Of a DNA stretch of 64,000 nucleotides, positions 1 through 9,237 are shown one piece after another. Under the pieces are notes generated by a model. The model searched no databases and was not told the DNA's origin. It saw nothing but the letters and a program-made list of their open reading frames with translations. The stretch is from an uncultured Sphaerochaeta sp. (GTDB taxonomy: Bacteria; Spirochaetota; Spirochaetia; Sphaerochaetales; Sphaerochaetaceae). Each line of letters begins with the position of its first letter. Positions within the stretch are counted from its first letter, which is position 1. The position numbers and the translations under genes are program-made. The stretch covers positions 3,100 to 67,099 of the forward strand of contig CAZTXW010000002.1 of the NCBI GenBank assembly GCA_964617345.1, written 5' to 3'.

Positions 1-277
1 TGCCAAAGGAGTGGAAGGTCGTGCTGGTAAGCTTCTTCAGCTTGAGCCCTGTCAGGGCCCGTATGCGCTCGCCCATCTCCTTTGCCGCCTTGTTGGTGAA
101 GGTGAGGGCCAGAATGTTCGATTCGTCGATGCCGCTTTCGAGCATATGGGCGATGCGATAGGTGAGCATGCGGGTTTTACCACTGCCAGCCCCTGCGATG
201 ACCAAAAGCGGTCCGTCAAGCTTTGAAGCAGCCTGACACTGCTCAGTATTGAGTTCTTTTTCTAGATTGAAATGCAT
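1..277 (-). CDS. UvrD/PcrA/Rep superfamily-1 DNA helicase, N-terminal part (runs off the window edge)
   Basis: Not in the ORF track. Manual translation from ATG at 277 gives MHFNLEKELNTEQCQAASKLDGPLLVIAGAGSGKTRMLTYRIAHML...ILALTFTNKAAKEM...TTFHSFG, containing the Q motif, Walker A (AGAGSGKT), motif Ia (TFTNKAA) and Ib (TFHS). Confidence 0.93.
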   Translation of the reverse strand, partial: MHFNLEKELNTEQCQAASKLDGPLLVIAGAGSGKTRMLTYRIAHMLESGIDESNILALTFTNKAAKEMGERIRALTGLKLKKLTSTTFHSFG

Positions 278-283
278 GATACC

Positions 284-766
284 TCAGATTCGTTTGATGA
301 AGACCGAGTCGATACCCACTCCCAAGACAACGAGGGAGGTGACAATGAGACCGGAGACGATGACTCCGCCGAATACTGCCATCATGGTCTTTCCCTTGTC
401 AAGGCCCAGAATCCAGGAACCGAGGGTTCCAGTCCAGGCTCCGGTTATCGGCAAGGGGATCGCGACAAACAGCATGATGCCCCAATAGCCGTACTTGCTC
501 ACCTTGGGATAGACGCGTCTTTGTGCCTTGGCAACAAACCTATCAAAGAAAGAGGTGTACCAAGCCCAGTGGGCATGGAAGAGTTTGTGCACAGTTGCGA
601 GAAATGTATAGGCGATGGGTGCTACAAGGGCATTTGAGAGGATGCACAGAGGCGTTGCAAGCAATAGTGATGCACCGTTGAAGTATGCGTAGGGAATGCC
701 TCCTCTTAGTTCGCTGATGGGTAAGAGGGAGAGCAGGACACTGATAACGAGAGTGGTGAGGCTCAT
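284..766 (-). CDS. Small multi-drug export-like membrane protein (COG2426)
   Basis: LPISELRGGIP N-terminal motif and FVAIPLPITGAWTG motif; four hydrophobic segments. Confidence 0.85.
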   Translation of the reverse strand: MSLTTLVISVLLSLLPISELRGGIPYAYFNGASLLLATPLCILSNALVAPIAYTFLATVHKLFHAHWAWYTSFFDRFVAKAQRRVYPKVSKYGYWGIMLFVAIPLPITGAWTGTLGSWILGLDKGKTMMAVFGGVIVSGLIVTSLVVLGVGIDSVFIKRI

Positions 767-775
767 GGTATTTCC

Positions 776-1894
776 TTATTCGTGATGGTGTTCGTCTACT
801 TCAATGGCATGTGCCGGGCAGACCTCATGGCAGCAGTAGCAACGCACGCATACCGTTTCGTCGATGATGATGCTTTTCCCCTCAAGGTGCAATGCATGGA
901 CCGGACAGATCTCAATGCACTTGCGGCATTGGATGCAGGGCTCGGTAAGAAATATTGGTGCCTTGCGCTCGCGCTTCACCCTCCAGCGAATGTACCGGCT
1001 GAGGAAAAAGGGTGCGATGAGGGAGTGAAAGAAGCTTGTCTGCTTCTGCTGTGCTATCCTCACAAAATTCTCCACCACCAGGTCATTTGCATCAAGGAGC
1101 GGATAGGAGGAGGGAGGCGAACCCTCGTTCCGCCTCAAGCCCTCCGCTATGATGGGGATGGTAAGGGGGTCATAGCCCATGACCACAGCCTGGGCGTAGT
1201 CAAGGCTGAGGGCGTCCCTTGAAGCCAGGATGAGGCCCATATGCCTGGGCTTGCCGTTGGCAGGGCCAGGGCCTTCCATTCCGATGATGCCATCCATGAT
1301 GGAGAAGGATGGCTTGGCAAGGGAGAGGATCCCCACCATAAGTGAGGCGAAGAGTTCACGTGTGGGAAAGGCTACATGGCAGGGGCTCTTGTGCAGGCCG
1401 GGGACTAGGCCGAACAGGTTCTTCACCGCCCCGGTGCTGTACATCAGCTGGTGGGTCTTGAGCTTGGGCAGGCTGAAGAGCAGGTCAACCTCCTCAAGGA
1501 TCCCTGCAAGGGGAAGGCTCTTGTTTCTGGTATAGGGCACGAGCTTTGTCGTGGGATTCTGGGTAAAGTCGACCCACAAGACCCCCTCATCCCTACAGAC
1601 TTTGTCCAGTCCGCAAGCGCGTGGGACAAAGGCAGGACCCTGCAGGCCAGGGGAGTCCCCTATCAGTATTTCCTTAGCTCCCTGGGCCTTGAGCAGATGG
1701 ATCACAGCTTTCACCACAGCGGTGTTGGTGGTGATGCACCTCTCTTCTCTGGCGTCGGACAAGACATTGGGCTTGAGCAAGACACGCTTGCCAGCGACAG
1801 AGGGCATTCCAGCTGCAAGGCAGGCCTCCTCTACAGCAAGATCCACCTTGTTCTGGTCATAATTCTCACACCGGACTATTGCAACACTACTCAT
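776..1894 (-). CDS. DUF362 domain protein with C-terminal 2x[4Fe-4S] ferredoxin domain
   Basis: Motifs KRVLLKPN, IGDSPG, PKLKTH, GAVKNLFG, DGIIGMEGPGP, plus CIQCRKCIEICP and CVRCYCCHEVCP. Start moved to ATG 1894 (MSSVAIVRC), which overlaps the upstream stop (ATGA). Confidence 0.88.
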   Translation of the reverse strand: MSSVAIVRCENYDQNKVDLAVEEACLAAGMPSVAGKRVLLKPNVLSDAREERCITTNTAVVKAVIHLLKAQGAKEILIGDSPGLQGPAFVPRACGLDKVCRDEGVLWVDFTQNPTTKLVPYTRNKSLPLAGILEEVDLLFSLPKLKTHQLMYSTGAVKNLFGLVPGLHKSPCHVAFPTRELFASLMVGILSLAKPSFSIMDGIIGMEGPGPANGKPRHMGLILASRDALSLDYAQAVVMGYDPLTIPIIAEGLRRNEGSPPSSYPLLDANDLVVENFVRIAQQKQTSFFHSLIAPFFLSRYIRWRVKRERKAPIFLTEPCIQCRKCIEICPVHALHLEGKSIIIDETVCVRCYCCHEVCPAHAIEVDEHHHE

Positions 1895-2679
1895 GAAACT
1901 CTCCTGATAAGGCAAAAATACAAGGGGCCTCTGCCATTGGCCCTGTCTGGCAGGATGATGGAGCCGTAGCCACACGGCTCGGAGCCAGAAGCCGCGATAG
2001 GCTCCAGGACAAACCTGTCAGGGCGTTTTGCGAACAGCTTTCCGATGACACCCTCATTTTCTGCAGGCTCGATGGAGCAGGTGCTGTAGAGGATGAGTCC
2101 TCCGACCTTCACCGCTTCCAGTGCGGCTGCAAGCATGGCGAACTGCTGGATGGCCAGGGCCTTGGGCCTGGAAGGTTTCCAGATCTTCAGGGCCTTGGCA
2201 TCATTGAGGACATGACGCTCGCTCGAACAGGGCGCGTCAAGGAGGATACGGTCATAGGCCTCACTCTCGTACAGGCCCCACTTGGTGGCATCATGGGCGG
2301 TGACCTGGACACTCTCCTGCCAGGCTTGGGGAAGATGGTTCTTCAGCACTAACTTCAGCCTTCCCCTACGGGTGGCTGAGCGGTCATTGGCTACCAGATA
2401 TCCACTGCCTTGCAACTCTGATGCCAATACCAGGCTCTTTCCACCCGGGGCTGCACACATGTCCAGGACATGCTCTCCCTTTTGGACACCAAGCAGGCGT
2501 GCTGCTATGATGGAGGCCTCATCAAGGTAGTAGGTTGCCTCCAGATGATCGCTGAAGGCTATGGGTTTTCGCTCTGCAAGCAAAGCGAGTTTCAGGTCTG
2601 CCCAGCGATCGCCATAGATGGTTTGGTAGTGGAGATCAAAGAGTTTTTCACCCTCAGCCTCCTTCTTGTTTTTTCCCAT
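1891..2679 (-). CDS. RsmB/RsmF/NOP2-family RNA m5C methyltransferase
   Basis: VLDMCAAPGGKS, ILLDAPCS and YSTCS...ENE motifs. Start probably ATG 2679 (MGKNKK); the longer ORF would overlap the divergent ccdA. Confidence 0.9.
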   Translation of the reverse strand: MGKNKKEAEGEKLFDLHYQTIYGDRWADLKLALLAERKPIAFSDHLEATYYLDEASIIAARLLGVQKGEHVLDMCAAPGGKSLVLASELQGSGYLVANDRSATRRGRLKLVLKNHLPQAWQESVQVTAHDATKWGLYESEAYDRILLDAPCSSERHVLNDAKALKIWKPSRPKALAIQQFAMLAAALEAVKVGGLILYSTCSIEPAENEGVIGKLFAKRPDRFVLEPIAASGSEPCGYGSIILPDRANGRGPLYFCLIRRVS

Positions 2680-2685
2680 GGATTG

Positions 2686-2736
2686 ACTGTAGCGGATTTT
2701 CAACCTCTTGTGAACCTTTTTTTGTTGTGCTATGCT
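2686..2736. promoter_or_regulatory. Divergent overlapping sigma70-type promoters for the rsmB-like gene (-) and ccdA (+)
   Basis: Plus strand: TTGTGA(2708-2713)-N17-TATGCT(2731-2736) with an extended TG. Minus strand: TTCACA(2714-2709)-N17-TACAGT(2691-2686). Confidence 0.55.
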
Positions 2737-2741
2737 CAGCC

Positions 2742-3410
2742 ATGGCATATCTAACAGCGTTTCTGGAAGGAATCATTAGTTTTATCAGCCCCTGTATCCT
2801 GCCCATCCTACCCCTGTACTTTTCCTATCTTGCAGGTGGGGTAGCCGATGAGGCAAAAAAGGGTGTGCTGCTGAAGAATAGTCTGGCATTCGTATTGGGT
2901 TTCACCCTACTGTTTGTCGCCCTTGGAGCCGCTTCCACCACCCTAGGACAGTTCTTGAAAGACCATCTCCTGTTGATGAACAGGATAGGTGGGGTACTGC
3001 TGATCCTGTTCGCCCTGAATAACCTGGGTGTGGTCCTGGTTAAGGCTGTCAATACAAATCACAAGTTCCAGCTCAAGAGCATGGCGAACATGAATGTTCC
3101 CAAATCCATTCTCTTTGGCTTTGTCTTTGCCCTTGGATGGACACCCTGTGTCGGTCCTTTCCTGGGAGCTGCCCTGATGCAGGCTGCCAATGCGGCGCTC
3201 ATCTACAAGGGAATGCTCACCCTGTTCTTCTACGCCATGGGCCTGGCCATTCCTTTCCTGTTCGCAGCACTCCTGCTTGAACAGCTAGAGGGAGTGTTCG
3301 CATCGATCAAGAAGCATTCAAGTGCCATCTCAGTGGTCAGTGGAATCATCCTGCTGGCCTTTGGCATATCCTTGGTGCTGGGATTCAACCCGGCAGCACT
3401 GTTTCTCTAG
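2742..3410 (+). CDS. ccdA: CcdA / DsbD-transmembrane disulfide reductase
   Basis: GIISFISPCILPILPLY and FALGWTPCVGPFLG motifs; six TM segments. Start set at MAYLTAF. Confidence 0.9.
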   Translation: MAYLTAFLEGIISFISPCILPILPLYFSYLAGGVADEAKKGVLLKNSLAFVLGFTLLFVALGAASTTLGQFLKDHLLLMNRIGGVLLILFALNNLGVVLVKAVNTNHKFQLKSMANMNVPKSILFGFVFALGWTPCVGPFLGAALMQAANAALIYKGMLTLFFYAMGLAIPFLFAALLLEQLEGVFASIKKHSSAISVVSGIILLAFGISLVLGFNPAALFL

Positions 3411-3422
3411 GAGTATTATTGC

Positions 3423-4145
3423 ATGAAAAAGAATACACGGACCCTTCTCATTACCGTCATATCGTTTGCTGTGGTGATCACCATAGCAGCTGTCACCTAC
3501 AATGTGTTGAAGGAGAATGCCCCGGCAGTCTCCTTTACCCCGACCCTTGCACTTGATACGCAAGAACCGCCAGCGAAGCAGCCTGAAATTGCAGGTCCGG
3601 TCACTACAGCTGACCAGCTTGCTACAGCCCCTGTCATCGACCCAGTACCTGATACGACTGTAGATTCACCAGATCCCGCCCCCAGCCAAGAGGAGCCCGC
3701 CCCTGATGCAGATACAGAAGAAAAGGGTCCTGTCATGCCTGATCTTCCCCTGACCCGTCTCGATGGGACGATGACCTCCTTCCACGACGTCAGGGACGGC
3801 AAGCCTGCTGTGATCAACTACTTTGCCTCATGGTGCCCACCGTGCAAGCAGGAGCTTCCTCACTTCCAGAAGGCCTTTGACGAATACGGGGACCAGGTAA
3901 GCTTCATCTTCCTGGATGCCCTCGATGGACAGCGTGAGACGCTGAAGACCATCAATGCCTTCATCAGGGATTTCCCGTTTACCGGACCGGTCTTCTATGA
4001 CCAGGGTGAATTTGCCATGACCTTCCAGACCAACAGCCTGCCCACCACTGTCTTCATCGACAGGGAGGGCAGGGTGGTCAAGGGGTATCTGGGCTTTGTC
4101 CCTGAGGATGTCCTGTACGCAGATATAGCTGAGATTCTGGACTAG
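3423..4145 (+). CDS. TlpA/ResA-like membrane-anchored thiol-disulfide oxidoreductase with Pro/Asp-rich linker
   Basis: INYFASWCPPCKQELP and LPTTVFIDREG; N-terminal TM; RBS AGGAG; directly follows ccdA. Confidence 0.88.
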   Translation: MKKNTRTLLITVISFAVVITIAAVTYNVLKENAPAVSFTPTLALDTQEPPAKQPEIAGPVTTADQLATAPVIDPVPDTTVDSPDPAPSQEEPAPDADTEEKGPVMPDLPLTRLDGTMTSFHDVRDGKPAVINYFASWCPPCKQELPHFQKAFDEYGDQVSFIFLDALDGQRETLKTINAFIRDFPFTGPVFYDQGEFAMTFQTNSLPTTVFIDREGRVVKGYLGFVPEDVLYADIAEILD

Positions 4146-4816
4146 ACCAGCTTGAGCATATAGCCGATAAAGAAGAGAGCGCTTCCCCCGATACAGAAGA
4201 GGTGCCAGATGGCATGGTAGTGGGGGATGCGCTTGTTTGCGTAGAAGAACACCCCTATCGTGTAGGTGAGCCCAGCTGCAATGATCCAGGCTATGATCCC
4301 CTCAGGCATGTGGGGGACGATATCCCCCCAGAAAAGGACCACAAGCCAGCCCATGGCTATGTAGAGCGCCACATGCAGGGCTCCCATCCTTCCCCAAATC
4401 AGTAGGGTGAAGAGGATGCCCACAAAGGCAATGCCCCAGACAAGGGCAAGTATCCCATACGCCTTGGATGTTCCCACGTACATGAGCATCGGGGTGTAGG
4501 TTCCTGCAATCAGAAAGTAGATGTTGCTATGGTCCAGGATCCTGCACAGCCTCTTGCCATCGCCATGGGGCAGGGAGTGATACAGGCTCGAGGCCCCGTA
4601 GAGCAAGATCATGGTAAGGCCCCAGATGACCATCCCTATCTTCATGGAGAGGGTCGGCAGGGCAGGGAGCCTGAAGAGTATGATGATGAAGGCCACGATG
4701 GCCAAAGCTGTTCCCACCAGGTGGGTGATGGCATTTTCCCTTTCTGCCTTGGGGTCGTCGTAGGTGTGTAGCGTAATGTGGCGTGCAAGCCAGCTCGTAT
4801 CGGTTTTCTGTCGCAT
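4142..4816 (-). CDS. Hemolysin III / PAQR-family membrane protein
   Basis: ERENAITH, SSLYH, DHSNIYFLIAGTYTP and HAIWHLF motifs. Start at ATG 4816 preceded by AAGGAG. Confidence 0.9.
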   Translation of the reverse strand: MRQKTDTSWLARHITLHTYDDPKAERENAITHLVGTALAIVAFIIILFRLPALPTLSMKIGMVIWGLTMILLYGASSLYHSLPHGDGKRLCRILDHSNIYFLIAGTYTPMLMYVGTSKAYGILALVWGIAFVGILFTLLIWGRMGALHVALYIAMGWLVVLFWGDIVPHMPEGIIAWIIAAGLTYTIGVFFYANKRIPHYHAIWHLFCIGGSALFFIGYMLKLV

Positions 4817-4909
4817 GATGGGATAGCTCCTTGGAAAAACCATACAGCCAAGGCTGGAAAGCGACAAGCATTTTTGGGATATATTACAGACTAGTCATGG
4901 TTTACTATG

Positions 4910-4945
4910 AAAAAGCCTGCCCACAGCGATATTGTAGGCAGGTTT
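4910..4945 (-). terminator. Intrinsic terminator downstream of the ABC ATPase
   Basis: Minus strand reads AAACCTGCCTACA-loop-TGTGGGCAGGCTTTTT: stem followed by a U tract. Confidence 0.7.
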
Positions 4946-4968
4946 CTCTGATGAAGGGTACCGGTGTT

Positions 4969-5709
4969 TTAGAGAATATGATCCAAAAACAGCTTGGTAC
5001 GGTCACTTTTGGGGTTGGTAAACATATCCTTGGGGGTAGCGACCTCGACTATCTCCCCATCGTCCATGAATACCACCTTGTCAGCTGCCGCCTTGGCAAA
5101 GCCCATCTCGTGGGTGACCAGCAGCATGGTCATGCCGCTTTTTGCAAGATTGAGCATGACGTCAAGGACCTCCTTGATCATCTCCGGGTCCAGGGCACTG
5201 GTAGGCTCGTCAAAGAGCATAACCTTGGGATCCATGGCAAGGGCTCGCGCTATGGCCACCCTCTGCTGCTGGCCTCCGGAAAGCTGGTTCGGATGCACAT
5301 CTTCCTTTTCTGCCAGGCCTACCATCTTCAGGAGCTTGCGGCCCTTCTCTGCAGCCTCCTTCTTGCCCATCTTCTTGACCTTGATGGGTGCTAAGGTGAT
5401 GTTTTCCAAGGCGGTGAGATGCGGAAAGAGGTTGAAGGACTGGAATACCATCCCCACCTCCTCGCGTATCTTGCGCAGGTCCACCTTGGGGTCGACCACA
5501 TCATCCTCGTCGATGAAGATGTGTCCGCCTGTAGGTATCTCCAACTTGTTCACACACCTGAGAAGTGTGCTTTTCCCACTGCCGGAGGGTCCGATGATGA
5601 CCACGACCTCTCCGTTCTCCACGGTGAGGGAGGCATCGCGTACAGCCTTTACGACATCCTTGTCAGTTTGGTATTCCTTGGTGAGGTGTTCTATGCGTAT
5701 CCTAGCCAT
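4969..5709 (-). CDS. Polar amino-acid ABC transporter ATP-binding protein (GlnQ/ArtP family)
   Basis: [53 protein letters not shown]. Confidence 0.95.
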   Translation of the reverse strand: MARIRIEHLTKEYQTDKDVVKAVRDASLTVENGEVVVIIGPSGSGKSTLLRCVNKLEIPTGGHIFIDEDDVVDPKVDLRKIREEVGMVFQSFNLFPHLTALENITLAPIKVKKMGKKEAAEKGRKLLKMVGLAEKEDVHPNQLSGGQQQRVAIARALAMDPKVMLFDEPTSALDPEMIKEVLDVMLNLAKSGMTMLLVTHEMGFAKAAADKVVFMDDGEIVEVATPKDMFTNPKSDRTKLFLDHIL

Positions 5710-6562
5710 TCTTGTGCAACCTTTCCTCGAGCATCCCTACGAGGCGTGAGAGTATGAGCGTGATGATCAGGTAGACCAAAGCGACGATGAGCATCGTCTC
5801 AAGGGAGAGGAAGGTTCGGGAGATGTACTCCCTCCCTTTTCTCAGGATGTCGCTCAGCGCAATCGCCGATACCAGTGAAGAGTCCTTGAGCATGGAGATG
5901 AACTCATTGCCTACTGCAGGCAGGATGACCTTCACTGTCTGCGGCAGGATGACATACCTGAATGCCTGGCTCCTGCTCAGTCCCACTGCAATGGCAGCTT
6001 CCATCTGGCCCCGGGGTATGGCCTGGATACCCGCCCTGACAATCTCACCCATGTATGCCCCGAAACAGATGGAGAGGGCGACAACAGCGGCCACCATCCC
6101 CTGGATCCTGAAGAACCGACCCATGGCATAGTAGATGAAGATCAACTGGACAAGCAGGGGAATACCGCGGATAAGTTCCACGTAGACACCGCTGATCATA
6201 TTGACCCATCGTCTCTTGCTCACCGAGCCCAGTCCGGTAAGAGTCCCTATGATGATAGCTCCGATAATGGCGAGGATGGTCGCCTGGAAGGTTACCGGAG
6301 TACCTTGGATGACAACCAGGAAGATGTCCCTGAAGGGGTCTGGCTTGAAGATTACCAGAGACAGGAGGAGGGCAAGGCCACTGAAGAAGGTTATCCTCCA
6401 GGAGTTCAGGACATGCCCGTCCCCTTTGCGTGGTATCAGCACACCGTCGGTCATCTGGATGACGGGGTGCTTTCTCTTGTGGTCGGTAGGGTCTACCGAT
6501 ACCATTTTCTGCTTCGCCGTGTGCATCTGCAGGTCGTCAAATCTATTTTCTTCTTTATCCAT
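5702..6562 (-). CDS. Polar amino-acid ABC transporter permease (HisM/GlnP family)
   Basis: [14 protein letters not shown]; EAA loop [22 protein letters not shown]; [12 protein letters not shown]. Confidence 0.95.
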   Translation of the reverse strand: MDKEENRFDDLQMHTAKQKMVSVDPTDHKRKHPVIQMTDGVLIPRKGDGHVLNSWRITFFSGLALLLSLVIFKPDPFRDIFLVVIQGTPVTFQATILAIIGAIIIGTLTGLGSVSKRRWVNMISGVYVELIRGIPLLVQLIFIYYAMGRFFRIQGMVAAVVALSICFGAYMGEIVRAGIQAIPRGQMEAAIAVGLSRSQAFRYVILPQTVKVILPAVGNEFISMLKDSSLVSAIALSDILRKGREYISRTFLSLETMLIVALVYLIITLILSRLVGMLEERLHKNG

Positions 6563-6611
6563 GGTTACTCACTGATCATACTGAATTTATTTTTACTGCT
6601 AAGGGTAGTAC

Positions 6612-6656
6612 TACATAATTATGCATATATTGTCAATACAATTGAATAAATATTCA
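6612..6656. promoter_or_regulatory. Pair of ARG-box-like operators flanking a minus-strand TTGACA
   Basis: TACATAATTATGCA (6612-6625) and TGAATAAATATTCA (6643-6656); TGTCAA at 6631-6636. Confidence 0.7.
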
Positions 6657-6714
6657 AGGTATAGGGAGATAATGGACATGCCAGTACAAGGATTCCCAAA
6701 AGATCAGGACAAGG

Positions 6715-6737
6715 AAAAGCCGCCAACAGGCGGCTTC
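6715..6737 (-). terminator. Intrinsic terminator after the binding-protein gene
   Basis: AAAAGCCGCC-AACA-GGCGGCTT; stem plus T tract on the minus strand. Confidence 0.7.
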
Positions 6738-6763
6738 ATCCATGAGTCTGAATCCATAAGATC

Positions 6764-7552
6764 CTACAGGATATTCCACTTTTTCTGCAGTTCAGCCATT
6801 TTCCCGGAAGCTACGATCTTGGCAAGTCCTTCGTTGACCAGGGTTATCAACTCTGTATTTTCCTTGAGCATCGCAATGGCGATGGGCTCTGGGTCGCCCA
6901 GGTCGCTTGCAGAACCGCTGACCTTCAGCTTGCTTGCATAGTTGGGGTTGGAAAGCACGTACTCGCTTGCTACGACAGAGTCAGTTACCACTGCATCGAG
7001 GTTGCCGTTGAGCATGTCCTCCACTGCAAAGCCGATCTCATCGTAGGCCTTGATGACCGTCTTCATGCTGGGATTGTCTGCAAGAAAGGCCTCAAGGAAG
7101 ATGTGGCCTGTAGTGCCAAGCTGTACTCCAACCTTCTTGCCCTTCAGCTTAGCTGTAGAGCTAAGGTCTGTGGAGGCATTTGGAGCAAGTATTGACTGGG
7201 TGATGGTCATGATGGGGGTGGAGAAGCCCATGGTCTTCTTCCTCTCGTCTGTTACCGATACTCCCGATGCGACTGCATCGTATGCTCCATTGGAGAGACC
7301 GGCAAAGATCCCGTCCCATGCAACGTTCTGGATGGTTATATCGACATTCTGTACCTTGGCGATCTCTTTGACCAGATCGATCTCAAAGCCGACGATATCC
7401 CCGTTCTCATCCACAAACTCCAGTGGGGGCCATGCGCAGTTTGCTGCAAAGATGTAGGAAGGTTTTCCCGATTCTTCCTTGGTTCCTGCACTGAACAGGG
7501 GAACCAGTGAAACCAAGAGTATGACAATAGCTAGGGTGGCAAGTTTTTTCAT
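6764..7552 (-). CDS. Basic/polar amino-acid ABC substrate-binding protein (SBP_bac_3), paralogue 1
   Basis: WPPLEF, GFEIDL, WDGIFAGL, VGVQLGTTG, NGNLDAVV; N-terminal signal peptide; RBS AGGAG. Confidence 0.93.
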   Translation of the reverse strand: MKKLATLAIVILLVSLVPLFSAGTKEESGKPSYIFAANCAWPPLEFVDENGDIVGFEIDLVKEIAKVQNVDITIQNVAWDGIFAGLSNGAYDAVASGVSVTDERKKTMGFSTPIMTITQSILAPNASTDLSSTAKLKGKKVGVQLGTTGHIFLEAFLADNPSMKTVIKAYDEIGFAVEDMLNGNLDAVVTDSVVASEYVLSNPNYASKLKVSGSASDLGDPEPIAIAMLKENTELITLVNEGLAKIVASGKMAELQKKWNIL

Positions 7553-7584
7553 AATGTAATCTCCTCATGTGTTATACAAGATAA

Positions 7585-7630
7585 TGCATAGATATGCATT
7601 AAATGTCAACATAAATAGAATAATTATACA
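7585..7630. promoter_or_regulatory. Pair of ARG-box-like operators flanking a minus-strand TTGACA
   Basis: TGCATAGATATGCA (7585-7598) and AGAATAATTATACA (7617-7630); TGTCAA at 7604-7609. Confidence 0.68.
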
Positions 7631-7785
7631 GATAAAAGTGAATGCATGCATAGGAAGATACTGTATCGGAGGCCACCGCTGAGTTTGCGCGTACACATAA
7701 AAAAGAGAAGGCTCGCCTATGATGCATCCAGGGAAGTCTGGTTGAGCCAAGCTTGCGCAAGACGCTCTCCAAGGGGAGCCGTCTG

Positions 7786-8943
7786 TTAGTTCAGGTTGGA
7801 AATATTCACGGTGATGGTGCCCGTATAGGTACCGCTCACATTGGAAGCTACAGCATTCTGGTTGATGCCGCTGACCTTGATATCCTTGGTGTTGGTGATA
7901 CCAGGGACAAGGTTTGTCCAGAGCAGGGCTGCACCTTTGGTCACCTCGTCACTGCCAAGAAAGAGCCTGTAGTCTATGGGATTGCCAACTCCCTGGTTGG
8001 GGAACAGCTGAAAGGAAGTGGCGCTGCTGGTATCGGTGAAGACCAGCGTGATCTGGTACGTGGCGCCACTGGAGCCATGCATAACCTGTGCGTTTGCTTG
8101 CGTCAGGGTGGCCTTGTTTGTTCCATATGCCGATTCCAGGGTGAAGCTGGTCACAGAGTCCATGATAGTGAAGTAGAGGGAAGGCAAGAGCGGGACATCT
8201 CCATAGAAAAAACCAGGGGACCCAGGGTTTTCTGGGTCCGTATATGCTCCGGGTGATATGATCGGAGTGTTGTCTGGTCCGTCATTGCCATTGGTTACCA
8301 CGTACGAACCTTTGCTCTCATCCACCACATTGCTTTGTGTGTATGTTCCTACATTGGTGGTTGGCGAATCGGCCACAGCTACACTGAAGAGGGGGTTGAA
8401 GTTGGAGGGAAGCGCATAGGGAGAGCCCAAGGTGAAATACTGCGATGGTCGCCATCCACTTGCTGCATTGATGCCACCGGTATTCTTGTTCACCAGGTAC
8501 AGGTCCACATAGAAGGGATTCTGGGTAACGGTATTTGCTGACCAACTGATGATGGGACGAACATCGTCATAAAGGACCTGCAGCACAGGGGTCCCTCCCA
8601 GGCCGTTGGGATAGGCAACGCTATTGATGTAAAAGGCATTTGTCCTGATCACAGGCTGTTCACTGGCATAGTCCTTCATGAGGCCTGTGACTTGGATGGC
8701 ACCACTTGCTTCTCCAATGTGTATAAATGAAGGCGAGTAAATCTCACCAGTGGTTGAAGTTATGACAAATCTTCCTAGTTTTGCTCCCAAAACAGATTGA
8801 TGGGTGAAGGCACCTGGCGCAATTTCAAGGGTAATGGGACTTTCAGGGAAATAGGTGGCAGTGACACCTGCAGATGCATGGGACGGTAGGGTGAGGAGCA
8901 ACAGGAGGATGAAGGGTGTGAGGCGGCTATATCTTGCTGTCAT
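7786..8943 (-). CDS. Secreted beta-rich hypothetical protein with pilin/spore-coat-U-like C-terminal strand
   Basis: Start ATG 8943 with RBS GGGAG; signal peptide ending ...LPSHASA; rich in T/S/N/G; ends GTYTGTITVNISNLN. Confidence 0.7.
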   Translation of the reverse strand: MTARYSRLTPFILLLLLTLPSHASAGVTATYFPESPITLEIAPGAFTHQSVLGAKLGRFVITSTTGEIYSPSFIHIGEASGAIQVTGLMKDYASEQPVIRTNAFYINSVAYPNGLGGTPVLQVLYDDVRPIISWSANTVTQNPFYVDLYLVNKNTGGINAASGWRPSQYFTLGSPYALPSNFNPLFSVAVADSPTTNVGTYTQSNVVDESKGSYVVTNGNDGPDNTPIISPGAYTDPENPGSPGFFYGDVPLLPSLYFTIMDSVTSFTLESAYGTNKATLTQANAQVMHGSSGATYQITLVFTDTSSATSFQLFPNQGVGNPIDYRLFLGSDEVTKGAALLWTNLVPGITNTKDIKVSGINQNAVASNVSGTYTGTITVNISNLN

Positions 8944-9053
8944 ACTCGTTCTCCCTGCTTTCATCCCTTCCTTGTGGGGGGGTAGTACCTGTCTCATTGC
9001 GACCATACCCATCAGCAATCGGGATAGGCCTCAAAATCACCGCTATATCCGAT

Positions 9054-9062
9054 AGTATAGCA
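9054..9062 (-). promoter_or_regulatory. Extended -10 promoter element for the 7786..8943 gene
   Basis: Minus strand TGCTATACT, about 110 nt upstream of the start codon. Confidence 0.45.
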
Positions 9063-9192
9063 CACTCATATTCTGAAATGTACTAGGTGCCGCCCGAGTT
9101 GAGTGAGGATTTGCGAAACTTTTCTGGCATGCATGTGCTGATCTCCTCCTGCATGTGACAACGAAATCGTTGCAGTCTCATGAGGTAGGCAT

Positions 9193-9220
9193 AAAAAAAG
9201 AGGGACCGAAGTCCCTCTTT
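9193..9220 (-). terminator. Strong intrinsic terminator after binding-protein paralogue 2
   Basis: Minus strand AAAGAGGGAC-TTCG-GTCCCTCTTTTTTT: perfect stem, cUUCGg tetraloop, U7 tract. Confidence 0.88.
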
Positions 9221-9237
9221 CCCTAAGGCCTTTGCTC

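Noticed and set aside
7699-7785. Long-loop inverted repeat with an A tract downstream of the 7786 gene
   Set aside because: The arms have mismatches and a loop of about 50 nt. It is probably a terminator but too weak to call or to treat as an ncRNA.
9063-9190. Possible c-di-GMP-I riboswitch (CGCAAA on the minus strand) upstream of the adhesin-like gene
   Set aside because: No GGCAAA/GAAA-tetraloop stem or GGACGCAAA context, and it lies upstream of the predicted -10.
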